DNA from: Octopus bimaculoides
Taxonomy: Eukaryota
DNA length: 48,638 bases
Direction of reading: 5' to 3'
Assembly: GCF_001194135.2 (NCBI RefSeq)
Contig: NC_068999.1
Coordinates: 30,654,451-30,703,088 of the forward strand
Shown: piece by piece, positions 23,076 through 37,135 of the stretch
How the letters are laid out: every line of letters begins with the position of its first letter
Numbering within the stretch: the stretch's first letter is position 1
Notes under the pieces: generated by a model
What the model was told of the DNA's origin: nothing
Seen by the model: only the letters and a program-made list of their open reading frames with translations
Databases searched by the model: none
Made by a program: the position numbers and the translations under genes

Positions 23076-25681
23076 ATGTCAGAACGAAAAAAACTGTCAA
23101 GAGATCAGAGTCAGAAAAGAAAACTTGAGAAAGAAAAGAAAAGAAAAAAACCAAGTTTGCAGGATCTTTTATTAAATATCTTTAAAAAGATGGAAATGAA
23201 GAAGAAATCAATTCCCAACAGCAACAGGATACTGTAGAAAAACTAGAAACTTTGCAAGATATTACAGCACAAGAAAGCTTTTCACACCAGTCACAGACTT
23301 CAACAAATGTAATTTAAGATGACAGTATTCAAGATCAAGATACACTGTCTACAGGCAGCATGGAGGAAACAGAAAAGTGATGTAAAAATTTTATCAAACC
23401 TGATGAAGGTAATATCACTTGTACAAACAAGATGAATTATGGTGACTCAGATACATGACCTAAAATTGACGACAATGTGCGAGTATTACTAGTTGAACAC
23501 AATCCTGGATAATTGAACAACATGATTTTCCTAAGGATGAAAACAAAAGAAAATTTTCTTCACATCACTACACAAGGAAACTTGCCAATGGAGAGGAAAT
23601 TAATCGCACTTGGCTACAATATTCCAGGTCAAAAGATGTGGTGTTTTGTTTTTCTTGCAAAGTGTTTAAAAGTAAAGTTTGAGTTCCCTCACTTGCAGAA
23701 AATGGTTCAAATGATTGGTAAAATCTCGCGGCAGTCCTCTCTTATGGAAAAAGTAATGGTCATTTAGAAAACTTTCAAAGATGGAAAGAACTTGAAATAT
23801 GAGTGAAAACACATAAAACAATTGATAAAGCAAAATTACAAGAGTTGAAGCAAAAAGAATACTGGCACCTAGTACTAATAAGATTGATTTCTTTAGTAAG
23901 GGGTTTTGGTGAACAAACTCTGTCCTTTCGTGGAAGTAGTGAAAGGTTATACAGTTCAAATAATGAGAATTTCTTAAAATTTGTAGAATATCTGCAGAGT
24001 TTGATCCACCTATGAAAGAGCATCTGTGTAAAGTAAGGAATCATGTGACATTTGTGCATTATCTTGGTAAAGGTATTCAAAATGAGCTAATTCAACTCAT
24101 TGCATTAGCTACTCAAAAGAAAGTAATAGAAGCTGTCCAGGCTGCAAAATATTTCTCCATTATTTTAGATTGCACACCTGATGTAAGCTGTGTAGGAGAA
24201 ACAACGATGATCGTTTTGCTTTGTTGACCTGGGTAAAAATGAAGAAGAAATGACAGGTAATATCCACACAGAAAAATCTGAATTGACCATTAGGGAACGT
24301 TTTTTGGGATTTATTCCAGTAAAGGAAGCTACTGGTGCTTTCATCACTGACACCATTCTAGATAAGCTTCATGAAGTGTTTTTATTAGTAGAAAATTTGC
24401 GTGGCCAAGGACATGATAATGGAAGCAACATGAGAGGTAAAGGAATGGAGTACAGAGAAGATTACTGAATTCTGATCCGAGGGCATATTTTGTCCCATGT
24501 AGTACTCTTAGTTTGAATTTAGAGGTCAATGATGCTGCCAGGTGCTTTTTAGATGCAACAAAGTTTTTTTGACCTGGTACAACGTATTTATGTCTACTTT
24601 TTTTCCTCAACGCGTCGACGGGAAGCTCTGAAATCTCATGTGACATCATTAACTGGGAAACCATTAACTGAAACAAGATGGGAAAGTAGAATTGATGCTC
24701 TTAATCCCCTTTGTTATGAGTTTGGCAAAGTTTATGATGCATTAGTTGAAACTGCTGATGATGCTAACCTCACAGGTTCAAGTATTACTTCTTCACATGT
24801 AGATGCTCAAGTTCTTGCCAATGAGATTTCCAAGTTCAGATTTGTGACTTCATTAATTCTTTGGTATAATATTTTTTTAAAATTAACATTACTACCAAAA
24901 AATTGCAGTCAAAAGATTTAACCATAGACTCTGCACTTAAAGAATTTAAACAAACCAAAAAATATCTTATTGATTGCAGGAGTGATAAAAAATTTGAAGA
25001 AGTACTTGTTGATGCTTGTGAGGTAGATGATGAATTTGGTATGTGTTCAGATTTTGAGGCAAAGCCAGTATGCATTAGAAGTAAAAAACAACAATTCTCA
25101 TATGAAAGAATAAATGAACCTATCCAGGATAGTAAACAAAGCTACAAAATAAATTTTTATGTTGCAATACTGGATGTATCAATTAACTCAGTTTCAGAAT
25201 GCTTTGAACAACTGAAATAAGTAAACTCCACCTTCAGCTTTCTGTACAATATAAAATCTTTGCAATATAAAACTTCTCATCAAGTAATGGAATTTTGCAT
25301 AAAACTTGAGTCTGCCCTACAGGCTGGAGAGTCAAGAGATATTTGTCTAATGAACTGAATGTCATATCAAGAAGACTTGAAAAATCCTATGGTTCTCTGA
25401 AAGTGCTTGAGCTATTTTGTGAGCAGCAATGAAGAGAAAGTTTTCTAAACTTGTACATCACTCTCAGAATCCTGCTAACCTTACCAGTAAGTGTTGCAAG
25501 CAGAGAGCATAGCTTTTCAAAACTTAAATTAATAAAGACATATCTAAGAACTTCAATGACCAAAGAGAGGCTCATCAGACTAGCTACAATTTCCATAGAA
25601 CAGGAAATTTGTAGAAAACTCCCACTCCAAGAGCTTGTAAAAGATTTTGTAAGACAGAAAGCTTGCAAAATTAGCTTTTAA
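23076..25681 (+). mobile_element. Decayed hAT transposase (ZMYM1-like/DUF4371 + hAT dimerisation domain)
   Basis: MSERKKLS start, LSFRGSSERL...NENFL, YLGKGIQNELI, YFSIILDCTPDVS, LRGQGHDNGSNMRGK, KPLTETRWESRIDA, LRILLTLPVSVASREHSFSKLKLIKTYLRTSM. Many stops and frameshifts; termini not confidently placed. Confidence 0.9.
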
Positions 25682-26850
25682 ATACCAGGAGTAAAAAGCA
25701 ACAGCATTTAAATAGTTCAACAACCAATAATAAAAAAATAACACCATTGAGTCAAATCAAATCAAAGAAGGAAAATACAAACAAGTGCTTGGTGAACTAT
25801 TGTTTGTTTACCATATTTGCTTGCATCCAATTAGTAAAATATTAAATTTTCAATACATCATGTTCATTAGTTATTATATATTTTTGCATCAATTTTTAAG
25901 AATGAATTAAAAAATTTTCCTTTACAAGTGATTTCAAATTGCTCCTATATTTATTCATATTTTTAAAAACTTTCTTGAGGAAATCTCCAGCTTGTTGGGC
26001 TCACTTTGCTTGCCATCTCCCACCCTGTGGAGGCAGGGCATTTAAAATTTGATTTACCTAGGGTGACAATTTACTCTAGGGCTGGCCACATTGGATATGT
26101 TACAAGAGTTGTGTCTGATTTTCAGTTCTAGATTTGATCTCAATAATGAGAGGATATTTCCTTTTCATATTAGCCAGAAAAACTCTAAATTAGGAAAAAA
26201 TAGTTGAAGAAATAGCAAAAATCAACAGGGACAATGAAAATATCCTAATAGCAAACTTTGGAAATGGTTTGTTTCACAAATTTCATCTACAAACAGTTCT
26301 GTTGTACCATATTTAACAAATATATTCTTACTAGTTTTGTAAACAACAGAAATAACATCCAAGAATCAATTTCTTTAAGAAAAATGCTGAAATTTCTAAC
26401 ACCATTTAAACCTTTATCTCATATTAGAAACTAGTTTACAAAGAAAATGCAAACAGAGGCTATATTTTACAAGAGATGTTTATTGACTAAATATACCCAC
26501 TTGAAATATCATTGAGAACCACAAAATATTTCAAATTAGTGAAATAGAAAAAAAAAATGGATAACAACATTAAAGTTTTGAATTGTCTTATAAGATTTCA
26601 AAGAAAATAAGTGAGACAGAGAATGATAATTTTATGTTTAATTAGTTTAAACTAAATATTCACCAGAAAACTTATATAATCTAAAGTATAAGAAACCTGA
26701 AACATTCCACCACCTGTAATATGAGTTTAAGAGAAAAGATCTGTTCGCAAACAAATGTTTATCATGTCGCATCAGAAATATGCAATACAAAGTTAACGAA
26801 AGAAAATCAAGAAAACAAATGATTTTTTTACCATTTCATAGATATCTGAG

Positions 26851-27330
26851 ATCATCATTTAACATCCGCTTTCCATGCTAGCATGGGTTGGACGATTTGA
26901 CTGAGGACTGGTGGAACCTGAAGGCTACACCAGGCTCCAATCTGATTTGGCCAAGTTTCTACAGCTGGATGCCCTTCCTAATGCCAACCACTCCGAGAGT
27001 GTAGTGGGTGCTTTTATGTGCCACCAGCTCGAAGGCCAGTCAGGTGGTACTAGCAATGGCCATGCTCGAAATGGTGTATTTTATGTGCCACCTGCCAGTC
27101 TGGCGGCACTGGCAACGATCTCGCTCGAATGTCTTTTCATGTGCCAGGAAGGCAACGTTGGTAACGATCACACTCAAATGGTGTTATTTGCGTGCCACAG
27201 GCACGGAAGCCAGACAGCTGCTCTGGCAACGATCATGCTCGGATGGTGCTCTTAGTGCTCCACTGGTACAGGTGCCATCATGATTTCGCTTTCGCTTGCC
27301 CCAACAGGTCTTTGCAAGACGAGTTTAGTG
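26851..27330 (-). mobile_element. Retroposon family C copy with an internal 50-66-bp tandem repeat
   Basis: Tail catcatttaacatccgctttccatgctagcatggg; about 4.5 units of gtgcttttatgtgccac...gccagtc...ggcaacga...ctcg. Confidence 0.75.
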
Positions 27331-27699
27331 TTCAATGAAAGAGACGTTGGCATGAGTGCCAGTCTACAAATTTAGTTCGATTTCGATTTTTATTTGATCT
27401 CCAGTGGGAAGTAAAAAAATACTGAGATCCACAGCTCTAGATTGCATCATATAAAACAGATGGCAGTGATTTCATCTCATGAAGAAAATGTCAGGCTATC
27501 ATATGACATACTGCCCAAAGTCCCACATCTAGGTAACTGTAGTGAAAATAAACTACGAGACTCCTAATAAAGAACTATGTCAGTAATGTGGATAGAACTA
27601 TCAGAGTAACAGGAATATTACAAAAAGCAAAAATTAAATAAAAATTAAACAAAACTTACAGTATACACTTTACAGTCATTCACTATTTAGAACCAATAG

Positions 27700-27860
27700 T
27701 CAGCCATTAGATACTCTATGAAAGTTTTAGCCAGTCACTATACAGTCTATGAAGAGCCTGTAGCCAGTTACTGCTATATACTATATAGAGCATAGAGTCA
27801 GTTACTATATACAGTATGGAAGGCCTAAAGTCAGTCACAGTTACATCCTATATAGGGCCT
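27700..27860. repeat. Degenerate minisatellite (~30-35 bp)
   Basis: Recurrent agccagtcactatacagtctatgaa / agccagttactgctatatactata / agtcagttactatatacagtatgga. Confidence 0.55.
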
Positions 27861-28110
27861 ACACTGTGTGTACTTCTTAGGTACACAGAGTGCTTCACGA
27901 GAAAAATTTATAGATAGAATTCTCAATAGACTTTTGTCATTCATGTCTCTGTAATATATAAGAGAAAAGGAGAGCAGGAAAGGAAAGAGGATGAAGTGTG
28001 ATGACAATATTTTAGTCTTATTGCTTGAGCAATCAAACTACTACATGGAAATATTCACAAATAGTAAATATCACCAAATTGTTTACTAACAAACATTTGT
28101 TCCCCAGCAT

Positions 28111-28111
28111 C

Positions 28112-28147
<36 letters not shown>

Positions 28148-28172
28148 AGGGAGAGAGAGAGAGAGAGAGAGA
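28111..28172. repeat. (GA)n microsatellite
   Basis: Seen directly. Confidence 0.95.
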
Positions 28173-28399
28173 GCTTTCTATATTGTTCAAAATTACAGGA
28201 GAGTTGATAACAAATGATTCCAAACCAGTGGTTAACTTAAGTGGAATGTAAAAGAGGAAGTGACAGATGCCAATGGAAATTAAGAAAAATTGGTCCAAAA
28301 GGCTTTCAAAGATTAGCTATTCGCTAAAATCAATGCTTTGAAATGATTACATAAAGGTCAATTATTTTTGAAATTAATACTGTAGTATAGAGATAATTT

Positions 28400-28650
28400 T
28401 CTCACAGATTAAACTCACAGAGGACATTGTGTGTGTTTGTGTCCTACAGTATTGATACTATAGACAAAATAGTGAAAAGAAAAGAATCTGATCATTTGTA
28501 TATTGTCAACAAATTATTGATAACAATATTTTCCATTATAATTAACCAAGATTCTGTCATTTGCTTTGACTTCAGAAAGGTTTCCATGGACTGCAGGAGC
28601 AAAATTAGTAAATCTTGTTAGACTTAGTTCTAAATAACAGAAATATGACA
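28400..28650 (+). mobile_element. Possible very old LINE RT remnant (RTE-like)
   Basis: SDHLYIVNKLL...VICFDFRKVS resembles the RT segment DHIF.L..L....FxDFxKAFD. Confidence 0.35.
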
Positions 28651-30059
28651 ACTGATTCTAGAAATTATTGTATTTTTTTCTCTAATCCCTTATTACATTA
28701 TATTATTCTGTTTGTAGCAAACTGAGGAGATTTGGGATATGTTCCAAAATAAGCTTGTGCATTGGTGAAACACAATGGTAAATATTGAAAAAACATTGAA
28801 TGGCAGGTTATATATATAATATAACTGCACAGCAACAGTAAATGGCAGGATATACATTATCAATTAGTCTAGACCATACAAGACCCTTTCCAAGTGTTAA
28901 GTTTGTATGTGAGGGGAGATGGAGTAGAGGTGGAAATATTGGCAGCATCTTTACCATTAATGTGTTATATTGAAGTGAAGAACCATTTAATTTTCAGGAT
29001 CCTGCATTAACTGATCCATAAGACATATAATGAAAAGTGTTCCACACAGGATAAACCTATCCTTTATCCAAGATTATTTTATATATTGCATTTACCATTT
29101 TAACATGGTAAATGAGGGACATTTGGCTGCTAGTTCTAGCAGAATGACTAATCAATACATCATGAGTCACTGAGCTCACTAGAAATATACAGATACTAGC
29201 TGATACTGAAACAGTTAAACTAGGATTGAATTCCATCTCCAATAGCAAAACTATTTCTCCAGATTCTCTTCTTGATATCAGGGCAATATCTTTAGTGGAA
29301 GAATTGATCAAATAATAAAGATATATAGTAACCACATTAATACAATAAGTATTTGGTAGTTTTCAGTTATATATAGATATATATCTGATGTCACTAATGT
29401 CATGCGTTTTTGTCAGATCAACTACAAATGGAAATGATAACAAAAATGAGATGTAAAACATTAAGCATTATACTAACAAAGATGTAAGTTCATTTTCAGT
29501 GGACAGAGAGTAGTTTAACATTGATGATCTGTCTGGAGATAGTAATCAGGGTGGATATAAACAATATCACACTTCAATCAGCCTGACCTAATCAATATCC
29601 ACATCTATAACCTCGACTGACATTTCAACATTTTTTTCATGTGAAGATTACAATAAATCACAGTAACCTTGCTAAAACTTCAAATAGAATAAAGTTGCCA
29701 AGGAATAGTTAATTAATAATAAGAATAAGCATAAGAAAAAACAACAACAGCAACAAGATTCAATATCACCATCATTATTTTAATGTCTACTTTTCTATTT
29801 GCAAGGGTTAGACAAAACTTGATGGAGGTAGATTTGCTAAGGTTGAGTCTTTTTTCTGTTGTCAATCCTCACCTGTTTCTAAGCAAGATTAAGTTCCTGC
29901 AGTCCTTTGAAAACAAACAACACAATAGCCAGATATGTTTTCTTGGGAAGATTGCAAACAAACAACACGTGCATCATGATGACATTTGTCTACCCTGAGC
30001 ATTCAATATCAAGACAAATAGAAAATAACAAATGGACACTCACAGAGACATGCACATCA

Positions 30060-31869
30060 TATTAGTTGAGAAGAAATTTTATTCGTCTTTCCCTATATGT
30101 ATGCAAACTCATCAGATGCCCAAAACTGCTTGATTTTTTCTTTGCACATGCATACTTGTTAGATAACTGACACACTAATGAAGTTTGATGTAAACTTTCA
30201 ATGAAACAGGTATTTTATGAGCTTGAGATTACCCTGAAAATGGAGAACTGAAATGAACATTATTGAGACATCAATAAAGATATGAAAGCAGCAGAAACCT
30301 GTAGGAAGGTATGTGTTGTGTACAGAGAGGATGCTGTTATAGATTGTGTGTGCCAGAAGTGATTTTCAAGATTTTGATTGGAAAATTTTTTGGTTCAAGA
30401 TGCACCTTGTTGTGGCTGGCCAGCTGAGATTAACAGCAACAAAATGAAGGAGTTACTTGACAGCAACCTCCATTATATGACCAGAATGATCACAGACACT
30501 CTCCAGATATCCAAACTAAGTGTTGAAAACCTTTTGCATCAACTTGGTTAAATCAACAGGCTAAATAATTGGGCCCCGCAGCGTTTGAATGAGGACAACA
30601 TTGTCCATCTGTGATTTGTTGCAGATGCCTGAAGAAAACAATCCTTTTGTTGAAGAGAATGGTAATAGGGGACAAAAATTGAGATCATCTGCAATAGTGT
30701 GGTAAAGGGCAAACGATCATGAGGGAAGCATGGCCAACCACCACCAACAACCCTCAAAGCAGGATTTCACCAAAAGAAGGTTATGCTTTCAGTTTCGGGT
30801 GAATAGAAAGGTGTTGTCTTTTATGAGCTTCTTCCCATGAACAGAACTATCAATTCAGGTGTGTACTGTGACCAGCTGGACAAATTAAATGCAATGATCC
30901 ACCAGAAGCGTCCAGAACTTGCTAATCATAAAGGCATTGTCTTTCATCATGACAATACCAGAATGGACATCATCATCATCATCATCGTTTAACATCTGTT
31001 TTCCATGTTTGACGGTTTGACTGAGGTCTGGAGAGCCAGCAGCAGCATCAGGCTCCTATCTGATCTGGCAATGTTTCTACAACTGGATGCCCTTCCTAAT
31101 GCCAACCCATCTGAGAGTGTAGTGGGTGCTTTTTTTACATGCGACCGGCATAAGAGCCAGTCAAGTGGGCCTAGTATCAGTCACGTTTGGTTAGTACTTT
31201 TTATGTGCCATCAGCATGAGAGCCAGTCAGAGGGTACTGGCATCAGCCATGTTCGGATAGTGCTTTTTACGTGCCACTGGCATGGGAACCAGTCAGGCGG
31301 ACCTGACATCGACCACATTTGGATGGAGCTTTTTACATGCCACCAGCATGGGAGCCAGTCAGCGGGCACTGGCCACAGCTATGATATTGGTTTTACTTGA
31401 CTCAACAGGTCTTCTCAAGCATATCATATCATATGACGCATCAAGGGTATTCTTAACTGGGCCAGACATGCATGGCTGTAATCCCACTTTAGTTGCCAGG
31501 TCTTCTCAATCACAGCAGTGGACATCTTTCTGCAAATGCAGCAGACATTTCTGGGGCTTGGCTGGTAAGTTTTGCCTCATCCTCCATATTTGCCTGACTT
31601 AGCACATTCAGATTTCCACCTGTTTCAGTCTATTCAAAATTCATTGAATGGACAGACCTTTAGGTCTGTAGAGGATGTAGAAATTCACTTGGAAGAGTTC
31701 TTCACCAGTAAAGACAGGAAATTCTTTGATCAAAGAGTAAAGAATCTGTCTGCAGAAGATATTGAAACTAAATGGTAATTATATAATTGATTGAATAAAT
31801 TGCTTTATATTTAAAACTTGTGTCTTATTTTCCTTTAAAAAAAGTAAATGAACTTTTTAACCAACCCAA
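30060..31869 (+). mobile_element. Decayed mariner transposon interrupted by a family C retroposon
   Basis: Motifs KKVMLSV, YELLPMNRTINSGVYCDQLDKL, IVFHHDNTR, then after the insert PHPPYLPDLAHSDFHLF. Right TIR aactttttaaccaacccaa + TA (31870-31871). The left TIR is poorly preserved. Confidence 0.85.
30972..31518 (-). mobile_element. Family C retroposon insertion with 8-bp TSD and four 66-bp internal repeats
   Basis: tggacatc at 30964-30971 and 31519-31526. Internal units start at 31126, 31194, 31260 and 31326. Confidence 0.85.
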
Positions 31870-31914
31870 TACAAACACATATATATATGTATTAGTACAT
31901 GGCCTGTTGATTAT

Positions 31915-32035
31915 ATCAATTGAAGAACTTGACTGGTACTTTATTTTATTGATCCTGGAGAGATGAAAAGCACACTTGAAGGTTAGATTTGAACTCAGAA
32001 ATTAAAGAACCTGAATAAATACCACAAGCATTTTG
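31915..32035 (-). mobile_element. Partial decayed SINE, family A
   Basis: actggtactttattttattgatcc...gatgaaaag...atttgaactcagaa...aaataccacaagcatttt matches 60-170. Confidence 0.55.
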
Positions 32036-34925
32036 TCCATGACTTTAACACAACTATCTATTCTCTATGCTAATGACAATGATGATAGTACTAATGATGA
32101 TGGTGGTTGTGATGGTGCTGGTGGTCATCATCATCATCATCATCATCATCGTTTAACGTCCGCTTTCCATGCTAGCATGGCAAAGATAATGATGACAATG
32201 ATGACAAGATTACAAAAGCTATTACAAAGTACTGCAGCAGAGAATATATGAAACATATTCATGCAAAACACAGATGGGACTACAGGAGAAAAATATGCTG
32301 GAAAAAGAAGAAGTAATAATAATGATAATAATAATAGTAAATGTTTTCTCAGTTTATCATTAGAGAAAAACGTTTCATAAAAGAAAGCAATATCTAAGTG
32401 AAATAATACACCTTCTTCACTGCAATTAGACATTTGCAATAGAAACCTTGAAATACTTTTCAAAACAATTGCATATTGTTTCTGTTTAAATAACATTTTG
32501 CTTTCTGTGATAAGCGATCTTTAAGTGTCTTCATTTTTTACCTTAGTGAATCTGAAGTAGAATCTTAATGGATATTTCTTAGTACAAAGAGTACACACAT
32601 ACATACATACATGCCTGTGGACACACACATACACAACCAGAAAAATATGCATTATTAAAGTTTCAAAAGGAGCTCAAACAGCTAAAACATTACTGTGGCA
32701 ACACAAAAACTACTTTTTTTTTTATATTGGTGAAGACTGGAGAACAGGAAAAATAGTGAAATTATCATTCATTTAATGCTCAGTCACTAGAATAATATCC
32801 TGGCCTACTTTCCAATAATGACAAACCACTTTGGTGGGCAAATACTGAGACAATAAGAGAATAGTTAGCATTTTAATTCCATATTGCAAATTACCAATGT
32901 CCTTTAATTAAACGAAAATGAACTCAACAGAAGCTGATGTATAACTGGCTTGCAGTAAATTGCTAATTGATGTTTCAACTTCTTATTTCTCTAGTCTTAA
33001 GTCTAATGCAAGGCAATACTTGTGTCAGTATGTGTGTGCATGCATATATGCATTGATGAATGTAAACATACAAAACTCATACATACTTATGTGTGTGAAT
33101 ATGTGATAATACGTATGGGCATATGTGCCTGCAAAGAGCTATGTATGTATGTACATGTTCATGCTGCCTGATTGTAGTATTTTCCTATATACTTTAGTAT
33201 TGAGAAGATTGCAGGCAGGTTTCCTCATGTTCACCTGTCTATAAAACTTGGACTATTTTCTCTGAGTTATCTTTGATTTGTCACATCTTGAGGCTGTAGA
33301 AACTCATCTAAAAGAAGTTGACTGAAATGAAGATGAAAGACTATTGCTGTGTCAGAAAATAATTACTTTGAACATGGAATATGAAGTCTTTGTGTGTGGG
33401 TTCTCTCCATAATGGTCCTTTGGATAAGATGTTATTACCAAGAAAGGCAGTAGTAGCCAATCTCAGCTGTCATTTATAGATAACAGCGCTTTCTAATAAA
33501 ATTTATTCCTTACAGTAAAAGTTTCATTAATTCAAAAATTCTTTCATAGTGCATCAACAATATTTAAGATGTTATACATGTAGAAGCTTTACTAATAATA
33601 TTTCAACTAACTTTGAACAAAATATTTTTAGTTCTTTGTGGTTTGAACTTAATTGTTAATCTTCAGAGAACCATTCTTTAATCCAGTAACAAAACAGCTT
33701 TGATAGCCTTCATTATGGATTCTATGTTTGAGTCCTGCTTGTCAAAGTATGGGAGCTGAAATAATAATGGATAATTCTTCTTACATATATAACTCAAATT
33801 TAACCACACTTAGATGCAGGAAGAATTAGTATGGTGTAGTTTTGGTCTTGTCTTTGAAACATAAAGAACCAAAAATAACTAATTGGTACATCTAGTTAAT
33901 AAAGATATGCATTTAGCAGATTTTCAGAATGTTTGTAGTTTCTTTACCTAAAATATAATATATAAGAAAGGTTAAATAAAGTATTGATGCTAATAAAATA
34001 TTCAGTTAGAGAGGATACAAAAGAAAGGAATCCAGCCTCTGGTATACAAAGTCATTTTTTCAGGAATAAATTCCCATGTGATGATATCTGTTTTGTGTTG
34101 GGAAGGCAGTTGGTATCACTTGAAAATAAAACAAAGTGCAATTAAAACTATAAATTCAAATATATTATTTTCTACAGTAATTTGTCCATGTAGCATCTAT
34201 CATAAGACGAATCATTAACAAACAAGAGTAGTCTATATTATACAGGATCAAAGCCAGTTACCAGTATAAAGCAATGATTTCTTAATATGGTCCAAGGATA
34301 GTGACCTATTTGGATTTTCTACCATTCAAAACTACAAGGCTGTGTGGATGAGTGAGGTTAGGGTAGTCAAGTCAATGTTTAGGAGGTTTTATTTAAATGA
34401 TTAAGGAAAAGGCAGGGTTACAGAGCAAATCTAACAACAATATGATACAGGTTGTTGAGTGAAATATCTTGCAAGAAAAGAACAAGATGATTGTAAATAT
34501 AACAGAAGGAATAATAATTTTTATGGAGTTAAAATGGTCAGAATTACGGAAAATATAGTTGCAATTGTAGCTGAACAAAGATGGAAGATCAATGAAGGAG
34601 TATATTCAGCTTATTCTAGAGTTATTATGAATCAGTGACAGGAAGGATTAAAGAGATAAAAATCGAGCGCTTTCAGAAGTTATCTTCTAAATGGACGGCA
34701 GCATGTATGTATGTGATTTAGTCAGAGAAAGAACAGCAATCACCATGATCAATTACAGGGAGTGAAGCAGGGAGAGAGGAAGTTGAGCTCAGACCAGAGA
34801 CAGGTTCAAATGCATGAAATAGTGTGGATTTTGGAACCAGTTGGTTGTGTTAATCCAAATGATGAGTTAACTTTATCATCCAACAATAGGAATGGTTTCT
34901 CCAATGTGTGTATGATCTAATCTAG

Positions 34926-35292
34926 TCTTTTATTTGTTTCAGTCATTAAACTGCAGCCATGCTGGAGCACATCCTCGGTAAATTTGAGTTGAGCAAATCA
35001 ACTCCAGTACTTTTTTTTAAAGCTTGGTACTTATTCTTTTGATCTCTTTTGCTGAACCACTAAGTTATGGGGATGTAAACACACCAACACTAGTCAAGCA
35101 GTGGTGGGGAACATGCACACACTTACACATACATACATATGATAGACTTTTTTCAGTTTCTGTCCACCAAATCAACTCAAGACTTTGATCAATCCCAGGC
35201 TATGGTACAAGATACTTGTCCATCGTGCCATGCAGTGGGACTGAACCTGCAGCCATGTAAAATCAAATTTCTTACCACCGAGCCATGCCTGC
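34926..35292 (-). mobile_element. tRNA-derived SINE, family B
   Basis: Minus-strand head gcaggcatggctcggtggtaag (A box) ... ggttcagtcccactgcatggcac (B box), an internal CA tract, and tail ...gactgaaacaaataaaa. Confidence 0.75.
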
Positions 35293-36727
35293 ACTTTGTT
35301 TCCTAAGTAAAATCATAATGCTTGCATTTGTCCATTGGCTGGTCTTTCATGTTTATTGACTGGGTGTGTTTTTGTGGTCACTTCATTGGTTGCTTATGTT
35401 GTTCTGAGATGTGGTGTTTGTATCTCTGGCAATTGTTAGTAGGATGGTGTATTACTAATTTGTTTAGGATTGGTTGATGAGTTGGTAAAAAGCATGTCTT
35501 ATTTATTTATATTTTCTTTGCTTTTTTATTTTTGTGTGCACACACCTGTAAGGTTTTGAGTAAATGTTTATTAGAAAGGCTGTTTACTATAGGGCTATTC
35601 GAAAAAGCAATTAAGGACATATATAATAATTATATCTCTCATAAATGATACTGTGATACTTTTCATGGCTGAGTGATTTTGGGGATTGTTTTATGAGTAA
35701 AAGTCATCTGTTCTTTTATGGAATTGTGTTTGCTTGCTTTGGAAAAGATATCATTCTGTGTGTGTGTGTGGTGGAGGTTACATGTGTGTATGTGAATGTG
35801 GGTATGGCAGTTTATATTTCTCTTGAATTTTCTTATTGACATTTATTCAAGGAAATATCTGTGCCTGTATGTGTGCCTGACAGATTGTGGTCATATAGAT
35901 ATTGTCTAAGTTTGGGATGGGTGTTATTTTGCTAGTGGTCAGAAAGATAAAAATATTTATGTGTGGGTAGTTTCTTTATGAATTCTATGAATGGTGTTAG
36001 CTGTAAAATTAAAGACTATCATTTGTGAGGAGACATGTTTTAATGAAAGGTGTTTTGTGGCTGAATGGTTTTAGTGTATTGTGCTTCACATTGATTGTAG
36101 CCTTTAGTCCTAAATATGTTCATCAAAGACCAAAAAGAGAGTAAATCTATAAACTAGTCACTAATAAAATAATGCATATATATATGTAATGATAAATGAC
36201 AAGAGTTATGTAATTACTTTCATTAACTTACAGCTGTTTCTACTATAAGAAGTGTTGCAATAAGAGCTGAGTGCTTATGTGACATCTTATAGCAGAAACA
36301 GCTGTGAACAAATGAAATTGATTATGTAACTTCTGTTCTTTTCTCCATTAATTGATAGTGTTCTGTATCCACCTGATATTTTACTCTAAAACATATGTAT
36401 ATTGAGTTCTAACAACTGGTTATTAGTATTGCTATACCTAAGCGAAATCGTAAAAAAACAGACACACATGTGCACACACATACACTCACATACATATGCA
36501 CACATGAACACACACACACACGTACACATACAACCACCTATAGTCACAAATATTATGTTCATGGAAAAATGGTCAAAAAGTTTGCTTATCAGTCACAAGG
36601 CTCCTGTTTGATTCTTCTGCACAGCACTTGAGTAAAATGTTGCCTTTCATAGTGTCATGTTATTTTAAGTATTGAGAATCAAACTGCATAGACAGAAACA
36701 GTACAGAAGACGATCAGTTGGACTACC

Positions 36728-37135
36728 TTTATCTTTTACTTGCTTCAGTTAATGGACCATGGCCATACTGATGTACCACTTTGAAGAATTTTAGTCAAAT
36801 GAATTGGAGCCAGTACCTTTGTCTTTTAAAGCCTAGTACTTATTCTATCAGTCTCTTGCCAAATGGCTTAGTTACAGGGATGTAAACATACCAACACCGA
36901 TTGTCAAGTGGTGGTGTTGGATAAGCACAAACACAAAGACACAGACACACACAGACACTGACACACAAACACACACACACACACACACATACACACACAC
37001 ATACATGACAAGCGTCTTTCAGTGTCCATCTACCAAATCTAAGCACTAAGTTTTGGTTGACCTGAGTCTGTAGTAGAAGGTGCCATGCTGTGAGACTGAA
37101 CCTGGAAGCAAAAATTAACCATACAGCCATGCCTG
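36728..37135 (-). mobile_element. tRNA-derived SINE, family B
   Basis: Same head, core and tail as 34926, with an expanded internal (CA)n. Confidence 0.75.

Noticed and set aside
22799-26090. Terminal inverted repeats for the hAT remnant
   Set aside because: The candidate ends (caggggcagc / gggctggccac) match poorly and no 8-bp TSD is evident.
29417-29483. Possible host exon (tgtcag|...|gtaagt)
   Set aside because: Two frames contain stops, the open frame has no recognisable homology, and I found no partner exons. Such splice-like words are common by chance.
31126-31385. CRISPR-like regular repeat array
   Set aside because: The units are contiguous and degenerate with no unique spacers, they lie inside a eukaryotic retroposon, and there are no cas genes.
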